A stretch of 64,000 nucleotides of DNA. Source: Rhizophagus irregularis. Lineage: Eukaryota. Below are positions 28,386 to 42,250 of this stretch, piece after piece. The position numbers were made by a program, and so were the translations under genes. Every line of letters begins with the position of its first letter. Positions within the stretch are counted from its first letter, which is position 1. The notes under the pieces are model-generated. The model made no database searches, had not been told where the DNA came from, and saw only the letters and a list, made by a program, of their open reading frames with translations. The DNA is taken from the NCBI RefSeq assembly GCF_026210795.1, contig NC_089436.1, forward strand, positions 2,666,001 to 2,730,000, written 5' to 3'.

Positions 28386-31300
28386 TTACTTGTTTAAAAG
28401 AATACTTAGATTCTCTTTAACGTCTAAATGTCCATTTTCTACAGCTTTGTTGTACCAATAAATAGAATTTTCTAGATTTTTGTTAGTCCCTTCACCTTGT
28501 TCATATAAATATGCAAGACTTTTTTGTGCAAAAATATTTCCTCTCTCTGCAGCTATCTTATATAAGCCAAATGCCTTTTCTTTATTCATATCAGTCCCAA
28601 AACCTTTTTCATAACAGTATCCAAGTTTATATTGAGCATCAACGAGTCCTAGATTAGCTGATTTTTTATAAAACTCATATGCTCTAACTTTATTTTCCCA
28701 AACACCCTTGCCTAATTCATAAAATTCACCTAATTTATATAATGCATATTTATTATCATTTTCTGCAGCTTTATGATACCAATAATTAACCTTGTCTAAA
28801 TCATTTACTATTTCTTCAAAGTTATCTTTGAAGTTACTGCCTGCTGCATCATTATATAATTCAAATCCCTTTTCTTTATTAATTTCAGTCCCAATTCCAT
28901 TTACATAACAATATCCAAGCTGAAACTTTGCAGTTATATGCCCATTTTCAGCTGATTTTTTATAAAGTTCAAATGCTTTAATTTCATTCTTATTTACGAA
29001 AGTTCCTAATTCATAATATTCACCTAAATTACATTGTGCTTCCTCACTTCCATCTTCTGCTGCTTTGTTAAACCAATAAAAAGCCTTTTTGAGACTCTTT
29101 TCAGTTCCTTCACCATTATCATATAAGAATCCCAAGCTATTTCGAGCGCAATTATGTCCTGCCTTAGCTGCTATACTATATAACTTAAATGCTTTTATTT
29201 TATTAGCTTCAGTGCCAATACCACTAAAATAACAATATCCAAGTTGATTTATAGCATTTAAATAACCTTGATTAGCCGATCTTTCATAATATTCAAAAGC
29301 TTTATTTTCATCTTTTTCAATACCTTCTCCATTTTCATATAAACATCCAAGACAAAATTGAGCTATATCATATCCTTTGTCTGCCACTATTTTGTAAAAT
29401 TCGAATGCTTTTATGTTATTAACCTCAGTTCCAATTCCATTATTATAACAATATCCAAGTTGGTATTGGGCATATAAATATTCTTGGTCTGCTGATTTTT
29501 TATAATATTCAAATGCTATTTTATTGTCTTTTTTAGTAACTTCACCATTTTGATATAACATTCCAAGATTATATTGTGCCACTTTATCATCCTTTTCAGC
29601 TATTATTTTATATAACTCAAATGCTTTTGTTTTGTCAACTTCAGTTCCAATTCCATTATTATAACAATATCCAAGTTGATATTGGGCATATAAATATTCT
29701 TGATCTGCTGATTTTTTATAATATTCAAATGCTATTTTATTGTCTTTTTCTACACCATTTCCATTTATATAACAATTACCTAAAATGTATTGTGCAACTT
29801 TATCACCTTTTTCAGCTGTTAAATTATATAATTTAAATGCTTTTATTTTGTCAATTTCAGTTCCAATTCCATTATCATAACAATATCCAAGTTGGTATTG
29901 GGCATATAAATATTCTTGATCTGCTGATTTTTTATAATATTCAAATGCTTTTTTTTCATCTTTCTCAACACCAATTTTATTCATATAACAATTACCTAAA
30001 TTGTATTGAGCCACTTTATCACCCTTTTCAGCTGTTATTTTATATAATTTAAATGCCTTTACTTTATTGACTTCAGTTCCAATTCCCTCATCATAACAAT
30101 ATCCAAGTTGAGATTGAGCATATAAATATCCTTGATCAGCTGATTTTTTATAATATTCAAATGCTTTTTTTTCATCTTTCTCAACACCAATTTTATTCAA
30201 ATAACAATTACCTAAATTGTATTGAGCCACTTTATCACCCTTTTCAGCTGTTATTTTATATAATTTAAATGCCTTTACTTTATTGACTTCAGTTCCAATT
30301 CCCTCATCATAACAATATCCAAGTTGAGATTGAGCATATAAGCATCCTTGATCAGCTGATTTTTTATAATATTCAAATGCTTTTTTTTCATCTTTCTCAA
30401 CACCAATTTCATTTAAATAACAATAGCCTAAATTATATAGTGCTGTTTCATTTCCATTTTCAGCTGCTATTTTATAATATTTATATGCTTTCATTTTATT
30501 GATTTCAGTTCCAATTCCCTCATCATAACAATACCCAAGATTGATATATGAATTAATATTTATAATTTTAGCAAATAATTTAGAATATTCAAAATCCTTT
30601 TTCTCATTTATCATAATTTTTTTATTACTGGATAAATATTTGATGTTCTTTTTAAAAGATTTTCTAAATAATTCAAATGCTTTTTTTCCATCTTTATTAA
30701 CTCCTTCTCCATGTATATAATATTGACCCAATAAATATTGTACATCTCCATATCCTTTTTCAGCTATTGTCTTGGCTAATTCAAATGCTTTTACTCTATC
30801 TATTTCAGTTCCATATCCAAAAGTATAACAATAAATAAGTTGTGATTGTGCATTTATGTATCCTCGTTCAGCAGAATTCTTATATAATTCAAAAGACTTT
30901 CTTAAATCTTTCATTACTCCATCTCCTAATTGATAACACCCACCTAAATTGAATTGTGCAAATTTACATCCATTTTCTGCTGCTTTTTGAAAATAGTAGA
31001 ATGATTTTTCATAATTTGTTTTTAATAATAATTTTCCAAAATAATAAAATCCAAGCTGACTTAAACTTTTATTAAATAATATTTTATAAAACTTGATTTT
31101 TTTAGATTTATCCATTTCAGCATATGATTTTATATTATAATTCCTTTTAAGGATATTTTTTGCTATAATATTTCCATTGTTTGTTGCTTTTTCGTACCAA
31201 CATTTAGCTTGAATTTTGTCTATTTTTGTTCCAATTCCATAATAATAACAATCGCCAAGTCGCAGTTGAGCATCAGAAATTTCTTGTTTTGCTAATGTTT

Positions 31301-33495
31301 CATAATATTTAAATGCTTTAATCTCATTTTTTTCAATTCCTTTTCCTAATCTATAACAATTTGCAAGATAAAGCCTTGCAATGACATTTCCATTTCTAGC
31401 TGCTTCTTTATAAAAATATACTGATTTTTTTTCGTTTTCTTCAGTTCCAATACCGAATTCATAACAATTTCCTAAATAAAATTGTCCAATAATACTTCCA
31501 TTTTCAACGGATTTTTGATACCAATAAAATGCCAAATAATAATTATTTTCAGCTCCATATCCATCATAATAACATTTAGCAAGATAAACTTGTGCAATTG
31601 AATAATTATCATTTGCCGCCTTTGAAAACAATTCAAATGCTTTGATGCTACTATTTTTTTCTAAAAGAATATTATAATAATAAAATAACCCAAAAAACCA
31701 AATATATTTTGATTGATTTTGATTTTTTAATAACCAATTTATAAAACGATCTGTAGCTTGATTTGTTTGTAATATTTGTTTGCTTATTAATTGTTGAATT
31801 TGTTCAAAAGTGATGCCTCTATCATGTTTTTCAATCAAAAATGCAATTAAACTATCGACATTGATAAATTCAATAAGATCTATCGACATTCTTGTTACTT
31901 GATCTGAGCTTGCACTTAATAAACTATTTTCATAATTTTGATTTTGGATTGTATTATTATTATTTATTACTGCTTTTATTGCTTCTGTAACGTCGGTAGA
32001 TGATGAGTAATAGTCTGAATTATCTATTAAAGATTCTTGTCTTACTTTTGAAGATTTTGGAATTTTATGTGAAATGAGTTGATCAGTTTCTTCACTATCA
32101 TTTATCTTTGATTCGCTATTTACACTTTCGTTTGATTTAGTGTTATATTCAACTAAACTTAATTCATTGTTTGACATTAACTCATTGTTTAAATCTATGG
32201 TTTCTTTGCTTAATTCTGAATTTGTTTCATATATTTCCGATAAATGATTTTCTTTTTTTTCAATAAAATTATTTATCATAGTTGTATTAATTTCCTCAAG
32301 AGACGTTATTGATCTAAGTGCTGAAACAATTTTCTGTATATTTGGTCGTTCATTTGGTTCATATTTCCAGCATTCTGATTAATTTAAATAAATAAAATTA
32401 GTAATTAAATTAAATATATAGACGCAAATATTTTAATCTATTACCTCTATATAAGTTACTATATTTAATAGGAGTTCCGTTGATAATTTCTTCTCTTTTA
32501 CCATTCAATATAGCTAAAACTAATCCTGCATCATGATCAAGTTCATAAAAAGGTTTATATCCACTTGAAATTTGCCATAGTAAAACTCCAATACTATATA
32601 CGTCAGATTTTTTATCTAATTTATAATTTTGATTTTCCAATTTCTTCGGATCTATGTAAGGCATTATACCAAGTATTTTTGATGTATTACTTGATGCTTC
32701 AGCTATTTTTTTTGATAACCCGAAATCTGCTAATTTAATGTTTTTCTGATGTACAAGTATATTATTTCCATGCTTTAATTACAGGATAAAATAATGATGT
32801 TAAAACGTGGTATATTACAATAAAAAAATAAGAATTTAAAAAATTTATATTACCAAATCACGATGAATAGTATCTTTTTCATGCAAAAATTCTATAGCAC
32901 TAGCAAGCTGTGACGCTAAGTAATATTTGTCATTCCAATCGAGCTTATTAAAATTCTCGTTTAAATATGTATTTAATGTACCGCTATCGGCGTATTCCAA
33001 TACAAAAGAATATTTTTGGATTGTGCCTAAATAAAACATTTCAACAATAATAAATAAATTTCTATTATTAAAGTTACAGTATATACAAGTATTAACGTAT
33101 TTATACTTACCAATTTCAACTCTTGTGATTCCATACAACCGTATAATATTTTCATGATAATTAACACTTCGGTGTAATTTTAACTAAAGTATATATAAGG
33201 GTATTACATAAGTATTTAATCGAAGTTTTAAATAAATATTGTTTAAAAGTATTAAATTTACCTCTTTTACAACTTCATTAAGAGTTTGTTTCTCATAATT
33301 AAAAGATTTCAAAGCGAAAATACGATTAGAATATTTTCGATTAACACGATAAACATTTCCATATGCGCCACTTCCTATCAGTTGAATATTTTTGAAGTCT
33401 GAATATTCATATAATTCGATATGTTCTTCGGTAATCGATTTCTCTAACCAGTCAATGTAATAATTTAAATCTTTTATTTTAGTATCTTTTGACAT
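28386..33495 (-). CDS. Protein kinase plus Sel1-repeat protein, apparently intact
   Basis: Exons give IGSGAYG, ALKSF, HRDL/HGNN, LADFG and KSDVYSIG. The long last exon (ORF 28386-32279, 1297 aa) carries more than 20 Sel1 repeats with no stops. Confidence 0.92.
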
Positions 33496-35577
33496 TTTTT
33501 TCCCTGAATTTATTATTTGAAAAAAAACAATTTACTTTATTCATTCGTTTGGTCAATAATTTATGTTGAGTCATGTGTAACAAGTGCTACTCACATTAAT
33601 GAAATCGATGTCGATCATCTATATTATTTTTGCATCCATGTGACAGGCAACACGTTACGGCATTCAAACAATTTGCATACACTTTCAAATGTAACACAAT
33701 TGTAAAGCGATCACGTGTTAGTGCATATAGAATAGGATCGACATTTATTTATACATGTACACGTGATAAAGCGTATGCAAATTGTTTAAATGCCAGTTAC
33801 GACGATTAAGATACTTTTTTGGAAATGATCGACAAATGATCGGCACATGCGCCACAGACAAAAACAAACCTTAATAAACCTTAATAAACTTATATTCACG
33901 TCTTTGAAACTACACACATAGGTGTATTTTTGTCCGCTCTGCAAGTTTACTTAGAGTGACGAAGAGGGGTTTTTGCTGTAAAATTTGACTTAACGCTTTT
34001 TTTTTTATAAAAATGCGCCTCATACTTTAAGCCGTAACCTGTCACACATTACATAGATGCATTATTTTTATGCTTTCGGCAATTGCCGTAACGCTATTCC
34101 TTTATAGGTTTTGTAGCTACGCACCGGCTGATGGGAGCATACACGTGATTCTGATTTCCCATGATTTTATCCGTAAATAAATTTCTAAAATATTTTAAGA
34201 ATAAAATATTTTACTCTTATCATTAATATTATCGAAAATTAAGTTATTTATCTTTCTAAATTTAATTTATAATATTTTTTTTAAAGAATCGTTGCTTTCT
34301 TGGCCAAGTTTCAAAAAAACACGTTGTCACCAACGTTGAGGAATCGATCAAGGGTTTTCAAGGCCCTGTAAAAAAGATAAAATATAATTATGAATTATTA
34401 TGAATAAAAATAAATAAACAAGTAAATAAAAATGAAAAATAAAAAATTATTATATATAAAAATTTCTTTTCGCCTGAATTTTTTTTAATATTTATTTATT
34501 GAAACTTTTCAAAAGAATTCGATAATTACACCATAAAAGATGCTCAAATAATGCCATATATAAAAAACAAAATAGAAAAAACGAAAATTTTTCTAAATAC
34601 TAAATAAAACTTTTTGTAATTATTTAACTATACAAAACTAACTGAATTTTTGTTTTGTAGTTGTACTGTCTGCTAACACGTTTATTACCGTTGGCGATTT
34701 CTTTTTCATCCGGTTTGGAATTCTTTTGTAGCCTTGATGTACAGTACACCTTTCGATAATTCTTTTGAGATCTTATCTTTAAACTTCGTTTTGTCTTATT
34801 TCTTTAATTACGTCACAGATTCCGTTGAAGTGTTATTGTTTAATCGACGTTGATTTTACAGTCTGTGGTTGTTCATCTGATAACCCTTTCCTATTATATA
34901 CTTATAAACTATCTCTTCTTCAGACACTGTCAGCCTCTCTTCTTTGTTCAGTTCTTATTTTCGATTAAATTTCTTTCCGTCATCATAATACTTCCTTCCA
35001 TATAAATTCACCGCACTTGACTCAATGTTGCTATAACCGGCTGAATTATTGGTGTTTCTTCGTACAAGATTCCTATAAAAATTTTATCCGTTATTTCTGT
35101 AAAATGAGCCTTTCCCGGATCCATTCACGGAAAATGAAAATAATTCAAAAAATTCCGTGATATAAGGTTATTAAGTCCGGAAATATGAGCCTTTACGGAT
35201 AAAAAGTGGAATATATAAAACGGGTCGACTTCTTTTACAGGGATTTCTTGCCTATATTTATTCACCGCATCAACCTCTTCAACAACATTAGATCTTTTCG
35301 CTTGAATTGCATCACGTAACATTCCAATTCTTGTCGTTGACCACAAGAGCTATTCAATCGTAACTTATATTAAAACCATATAAAGGATTTGCTTGACTTC
35401 TGGAAATGTATTAATTACAACTCACCGGAGAATAATAATTTTTTTTTCTTTTTCATTATGACTAACTAATGAACATTATTGTAACAAAGCAATAATTAAA
35501 AAATCTTTTTTACAAGCCAATTATTGATACTTACATTATATTGTGATTTATTTTTTCCTTCAAAAATTAAATTAATA

Positions 35578-35948
35578 CTAGTGTTCACCCGTTGTCTATG
35601 ACAACGGTTAATAATGTATTAAAATGGCCCAGAATTAAAAGATCTGCAAAGAATTTCCTTTTTTGGAAATTTTGAGCAACACAATTTTTTTAATTTCTCT
35701 GAAAAGTAACAGAAGATAAAATTTCCTTTTTTGGAAATTCGCGTAACTGTCAATTTCCTTTTATGGAATTCTGTGTAACCCAAAATTCAAGTTTTTCGCC
35801 AGAAATAAAATTTCCTTTTTTGATCTTGTGTAACATTGACGACGAATAGGAGTAGGGTTACACAATTCAAATGACTTATTTATATGGTTAATCTAAACAT
35901 AACGCCCACGTGATTGCAGTGTTTTTTAATATATAGATAGAAGATAGA
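35578..35948 (-). mobile_element. Non-autonomous Helitron, 371 bp
   Basis: The minus strand starts A|TCTATCTTCTATCTATATAT and ends CTAG|T. An 8-bp-stem hairpin CCGTTGTC-tat-GACAACGG (35589-35607) lies just before the 3' end. Internal AATTTCCTTTTTTGG repeats. Confidence 0.85.
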
Positions 35949-36706
35949 TTAGGGGCAGCAATTGACATGATAAAATTATTTTATAAACTTGAACTAATGA
36001 CATTGGAAATCATCACGTGTGCGTGATTGTGGATGGAATTCGACCAATACAGTCTCGTGCAACAAATAAAATTTACTATTAGCTTTTTCAGGACCAGAAT
36101 TATGATAATGTCAGCCAGTATCTAAAACTGGAGCTAATTTCCTGATTAGGATTATCACAAATTATCCATAAAAGGAAAGAACTACGTGACTATTTAGCGG
36201 GTGAATAACACTTGGATAACAAGTTCTGTACGGAAAGATTTGAAGGCAATTTAGCAATATCCGTACTTGAAGTTAAATCTGCTGCGGAAAAGGAGCGATC
36301 TGATGGTATTACATAAAGGGTAATCGGAAGTTCTAGTAATTTCCATTAATGAATCCAGTCAATTGAATACAGAAATCTATTTACCAACACAGCAGCACAT
36401 TTGAAAGAAAATGAGATTAATAAATTTTTTAATTAATAGGCCATGTGAAGAAATTAAGAAACGAAAAGCGATTTAAATATCAAATAGTAAGAGCAGATGT
36501 ATATTTGAAACACAATTCAGATCAAAGTTTTCGGGAGCTCTTTGGAGTACAATTCTCAGTTTAGATAGAAAAATGTTTCTATATCACTGATTCCCTATTC
36601 TATGCATTTGTCACCAATACATTAAAAATAAAAGTAGCAAACAATAAAAGGATTAAAGAACGAACTACTGAAGAACAATAACTGAAAGACGAAGTAAATA
36701 TGCTAT

Positions 36707-37596
36707 AGTAGTTGATTTGTGGGCGCTTTGGAGCCAAAATTGTTGTCGCTTATACGCCTACTTCCACCCTGCTAACTCCCCTTCTGCGGTGTGTTCTCAT
36801 TTTTGGAGCCAAAATTGTTGACGCTCATTTGCCTACATATCCCCCCGCTAACTCCTATTTTTGGCTCCATTTTTTTTCGTCTATATGCCTACATATCACA
36901 TGCTTACTCCCCTCCTGCGACTATTGATATACAGTATATAAAATGAAAGCATCTCTGCGATGATGCCACAGGCATCTCGCCAATTCAGGTCTTTCGCTTT
37001 TATATCATAATATCACTTTTATGCTATCATATTATATGAAACTCCCCTCTGAGGGGAGTTTCATTTTGTCCTATACGTTTTCACACTTATGCCTACATTT
37101 TGACCTATACGTTTACATTCTTATGCATACTCATACACGTCCACATTTACATGACCACACTTATGTGACTTCTTTCTGAGTTACAGGTCAATGTCCATTT
37201 GAATATGTAAGCTAGCTATAGAGATAACTCATTTAAAATAGTCCATCAGTATGCCTTGTCATTGGTTAGTTAAGGGGACAAAAGAATACTGTACCCGTTC
37301 TACTCAAAAAGAATACTGTGGAAAGCACGCATTTGCAATAAGACAGGGTACAACACCCCCAAACCATGCATATACTGCGGTAATGGTACCAACTCATTTT
37401 TACTGATTTGCATTCCATGCGGTCAGCAAAGGATACGTTCAAAGCTTTGGAGAGAAAAAAAAATGTCAATTACAATTAATTAAAAATTCAAAAATCATTT
37501 TTGTAATTGAATATATAGTACGGTTAATAGACGAAAAAATGAGTAGCTTATTAGGTTCTATCTTTGGTTCACTCGGCAATCTCTTTGGCTACTTCC
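36707..37596 (+). repeat. Left terminal inverted repeat (890 bp)
   Basis: Reverse complement of 54993-55887 apart from a few indels and SNPs (e.g. ~36835-36860, ~36930, ~37178); identity ends after CTCTTTGGCTACTTCC. Confidence 0.96.
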
Positions 37597-39415
37597 CGGA
37601 TAGTGGTATCCACTTGAACAATGCACCTTTGGCTGAACAAACCCTTGGTTATGAGGATAACAATAGTGACGCCTTTAGTGAATATGATACTACCACCTCT
37701 TTTTCTACCAGATGGTATTCTGCTAGTAGAGGTTTTCTTTGTTATAGAGAGAGTTCTAAGAGCAATGAAGTTGAATTTTTCAATGGGATAACTTATTGGA
37801 TAGGGCTAAAAAATGAGTTCTCAGAATTATCCCGTGATTGGTTTTTCATTAAAGTTGATAAAAACGAAACTCTAGAAGAAGCTCATAAAAGATATACTAA
37901 TGAATCAATCGCAATTTCGCAAAAAAGTCTTGGTCTTATCGATATGCGAAAAACTGGAACATATGCTGCTACCTCATTACGCCTATTTCAAGACGTAACA
38001 AATGGTCCAATTAAAAGTGCAAGGTTATCTGATGATGAAGAACTCTGGATTTCTAATGCAAGTATTGGCTCAATAATATGGGCAGAGCAGTATGAAGGTA
38101 ATGCGGCACAGTATGATATTAATGAATTTTACCCTTCAGTTTTACTACAAAAGGAAGCACAATGGCCAATAGGACCAGGTGAGTTCAAAATAATTACAAG
38201 TTTAAGTAATAATTTGCAGTATGGAATTTATCGAGTTCATATAGAAGGTCTGCCTAAAAAAAGTTCTTTACAATGCTCTCAATTATTCAGATTTAATCAA
38301 GAGGAGTACTATACGCACTATGATATAGAAATTGCGAGAAAGAATGGATTAGGGGTAGAATTAATTAATATTATGCCAAATGCTTATGTTTTTAATCCAG
38401 AGAATTTAAGAAGCGGCAAATTTTTATTTGAGAATTGGGCTGAAGAACTTATTCCTATAAAACGTCAAGAAGGAATTGCAGGTAAAGTTGCAAAAAATTT
38501 GTTAGTTTCATTATGGGCATTTTATGTGAAAAACCCACGGAAAAATGGAAAAGTAGGCCCTCATCGACGCATGAAGCCATTTATTTTAGCTCTTGGTCGT
38601 AAAACAATAACTAACATAATTAGACCTTTAAAAAATCATGTGAAACGTATCCATACAGACGGTTTTATTTTAACAAATACAATTGATAACAATTTACAGG
38701 TAGGACCAAATACAGGAGAGCTAAAATGTGAAAAAATTGGTCATGTCTTTATAAAAAATTCTATTAACGTTAGTTGGAGCAATACAGAAAAAGAAATTGT
38801 AAATTTTGTAGCTAAACAAGGTAAAAAAGAAAAAGAAATACGCATTCCTAATGAATTAGTTGTGTTAATTTTAGAATATTGTGAGAAATTGTATCCGCTT
38901 TTATTTGTAAATAAACATTGGAATGAAAATGCATGCTGGATGCTATGGAATAAAATAAAGTTAAATGGAATGACAGGTGTTAAATTCTTTTCAATTTTCG
39001 GAGTAGACATAAAACCATTACCATGTAAATATATTACATCTTTAAAAATTTGGGGACAAAAAAAAAGGATATAAATATCCTCTTTTCAGATATATGCAAG
39101 GCATGCCCTAATCTAAAAGATTTGTTCTTTATTGATTGTGGTCATCGACTAGTAAATAATGAAAGTATAGAAAAATCGGTAATAGAATGTAAAAACTTAA
39201 AATCCCTTGGATTAATAAAGCAAAAACGAGTAAGCTCTAACGTAATATTAAAAATTCCGATTTTATGTCCCAGTTTAGAAAAATTAGTAGTTATTCATTG
39301 TCCACGTATAAGAAAAGAAACTATTGAAAAAATGCGAATATTACACCCTTCACTTAAAATAGAGTGTGTTACTGATGAAGGACGCTCTCAGGAGGTAGTT
39401 CAACTCCATCATTAA
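37539..39415 (+). CDS. Reduced family-B DNA polymerase-like domain fused to F-box, with LRR in the -1 frame
   Basis: PolB motif A QYDINEFYPS, motif B AKNLLVSLW, motif C RIHTDGF and GELKCEK. F-box-like IPNELVVLILEYC..LLFVNKHW..MLW. LRRs ICKACPNLKDLFFIDC, ECKNLKSLGL and CPSLEKLVVIHC follow a shift at the A9 run 39058-39066. Confidence 0.7.
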
Positions 39416-39705
39416 CAAGTAAGAGTTCCTCCCTAACAAATCTACATTCAGGCCCGTCAAGTAACTTATAAAGGACCGGTTGATTTTTTTGTACACGAAC
39501 TTCCCAATGTTTATCAAAGCTTATTTATACACATACAATGTGTGAATTATTTTACAAAGTGCATTATTATATTTCTTTTTATTGCAAATTATAATAATAA
39601 AGCTAGTATTGTACTGATAATAATACCATAATACATAAAGTTAATTTATATTTAATGATTATTTACATTTTACAGACAACAAACAACCCAAATATTATTA
39701 GTAAA

Positions 39706-42250
39706 CTAAGATTGTAACGATATAGTACGATCTATAATATACTTAAAGTTGTTATTAGAGCTATCTACATATCGGGCATTCATTAGTACATATTCAAACA
39801 GATGGTCATGAAAAAAGTGTATAACATTAATTCTATCATTATCATCAGGTGGCCAATGAGGTCTATTCTTAGTTTTCTGAACTCCATAACCGTCTTCACA
39901 TGTAAAGTTTACTACCCAAATATCATCTGCAGATAGTTCTTTAGCATACTTAAGCACCCTATCAAAGTGTTCATTGAGTTCATTTCTTGTTGTAGTGGCC
40001 AAAAGCTCGAGAACAATTTTTTGACGCTTCGTTGTAATTACTATATCGCTATATGCGTCCTCAACATCTTCAATCAGATGCCACTGTCCAGTGACCTCGA
40101 AGCCAGCCCTCTTAACTAGCCAGTTAACCAGAATCCTGTTCAGCTCTGTGTCGTACACGCTTTCCCTAGGAACACATTTCTTTTTTAGACCATTCACATA
40201 CAATTCACGTGAAGATTTAAATGACCTTCCGAATGCATTAGTAATGATGTCCTTATCGAAGAACTGGACAGCATTCTGCAAAATTTTGAGAATATCCAGA
40301 GAATCATCATCTTTTTTGGGAATTGCATCTACCGGGGAAGTCATGTATACTTCAGGAATAACTCGTCGCCGAATCAGCTCATCTACAAGAGCAGATGACA
40401 TTTTAAACTCATTCTTGGTCTTTTCATTCCTGATTAACGCACTCTCAGCTACCAAGAATTGTATTAGGTTTCGTTCTTTTTCATCATAGATCTGCACATA
40501 ATCGAGGAATCCTAGGAATTTAGATCGAAGAAGACCAACAGCAGACTTGGCGTCCTCTTTTTTAAGCGAATCGATCATCTTATTAAAGGTAGAATATCCA
40601 AGTATCTCCACTTGCAATAGCGATAAAGCAAATTTCGACCAGATTGAAAAGTTAAGCTTCTTATCTTCGTCGTTAATGTCCTTAATTAAATTATTCTGGA
40701 TAGAACGTCCGCAAAGGCAGACAAGGCCGGCATGCCTGTCAAATAACAGAATAATAAGAAAATGAATTTTAGATTTGTTTCACGTGACTCTCCGGTCAGT
40801 TTAACTTACCCGCTTGTCCGTCTGTAGATATCTTCAATGATCTCTGGATCAATGATGAAATTGAAATCATTCGCAAATTCATTATATAGGAACTGCACTT
40901 GATCCAGCGTGAAATTTGGGTTTCGGTATGGCTCATTAACATTAAAGGGTGACGTAGTCATTTTCCTGATTTTAGATAAAGAATACTGAAGGTACCAATG
41001 GCGACAATAGAGTACATAGCATAGTTATATTTTGAGTTTTTCATGCCACGAAATGTTTCCAGACACGAGGACTTGACATCTTCATCCGCATCATACAGTT
41101 TATCGAACTCGTCAATGAAGAGAACAACATTATTATTCCAATTGTCTTTTTCAAATATTTCAAGAAAATCAGTACTGGAATTTATTCTCAAATCACTATA
41201 AGACCCGAAAACACTTGCAGATTTGAAATTAATGTTTCTACGAGCATCTCGCTTGATAGCAGCCCCTAACGTCCTCCAAAAACTTTCCTCAGTTTTTATG
41301 TTAATATGTTCAAAACTTACACTATTCCAAAGAGAAAAAGAAATAGGAGCGATCAGTTAGACTGCATTCAATGTAACCAGTTAACTTAAAAAGGAATCAG
41401 AACTTACTAAATGCAAACAAAGCCATTATCCTTTAACGGTTTCCTTATATGTTGCACCCGTGTAGACTTTCCGGATGCCCGTGCACCATATAACGCCACA
41501 TATTCACGTAACTTAATCATCTTAAGAAGCGATTCATTTCCCTCTGGTTCGGCATAGTAGATCCATTCACTCTCCTCTTGGAAGAGAGCACTATTAACTG
41601 CCCATCTTCTCCCTGTTGTAGCTGTAGAGAAAAAATTAGTAAGAATGATGTAATGAAATATATAACTAAGTATGATACCAAGTTTCTATCGTTTCTATCA
41701 CGCATTTCTTACTTTCTTCTTCCGTTAAAGGTCTTTTTCTTCCTAGTTCTAATGACAACGAGAAACATATTCAATATTATTAACAAATGTGACAACGAAA
41801 ATATATATTATTGTTTCGACTGCAGGTTTCTTCTTCAAGGGGTAAAAAATTGAGAGATACCTTACCAGTGGTGGTAGTTGCGATGACAGCAACGATGCTG
41901 ATGTTATCTTCCTCCTTAGGTTTATATCCATCTTGAAAATATTTTATAAACTTGCTTTGATTTTTCATAATCACACCTCCAAGGTTTTTAATATCCTCTT
42001 CAGTAAAATTATGGTTAAACATATTTTCGTCGACGTCAACTTGCCAAAGATTTAGCATGTCAGAACCTTCAAACATTCCATTATGTTTTATAAGATTCGC
42101 AAGTTGACCAACTTTTAGTTCTTCGAGTAAAATTTTTTTACCATCAATTTCAAAGAATTTTTTATCGTCATTGTCATTTTCATTTTTGTAAACTTCCACC
42201 TGGAAAACGTAACCATTATCTAGACGTAAACAATTGTACGATTCAGCCAT
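39706..42250 (-). CDS. Crinkler-like protein: CRN-type N-terminus, P-loop NTPase, PD-(D/E)xK-like domain; 4 introns, one frameshift
   Basis: Exon 1 has LNLWQVDV..ISIVAV; exon 3 (my translation) has YVALYGARASGKST; Walker B VVLFIDEFD; SPFN after a 1-nt deletion near 40962; GHAGLVCLCG; C-terminal PRESVYDTEL..YSDIVIT..IVLELLA. Confidence 0.8.

Noticed and set aside
36712..37469. ORFs 36712-36927 and 37266-37469, plus right-TIR ORFs 55661-55882 and 55390-55572
   Set aside because: They lie within the TIRs, mostly lack ATG starts and have no motifs; any duplication is explained by the TIR.
41460..41490. Walker A as a Polinton packaging ATPase
   Set aside because: It belongs to a spliced CRN-NTPase-nuclease gene with SPFN and GHAGLV motifs, not an A32/FtsK-type ATPase.
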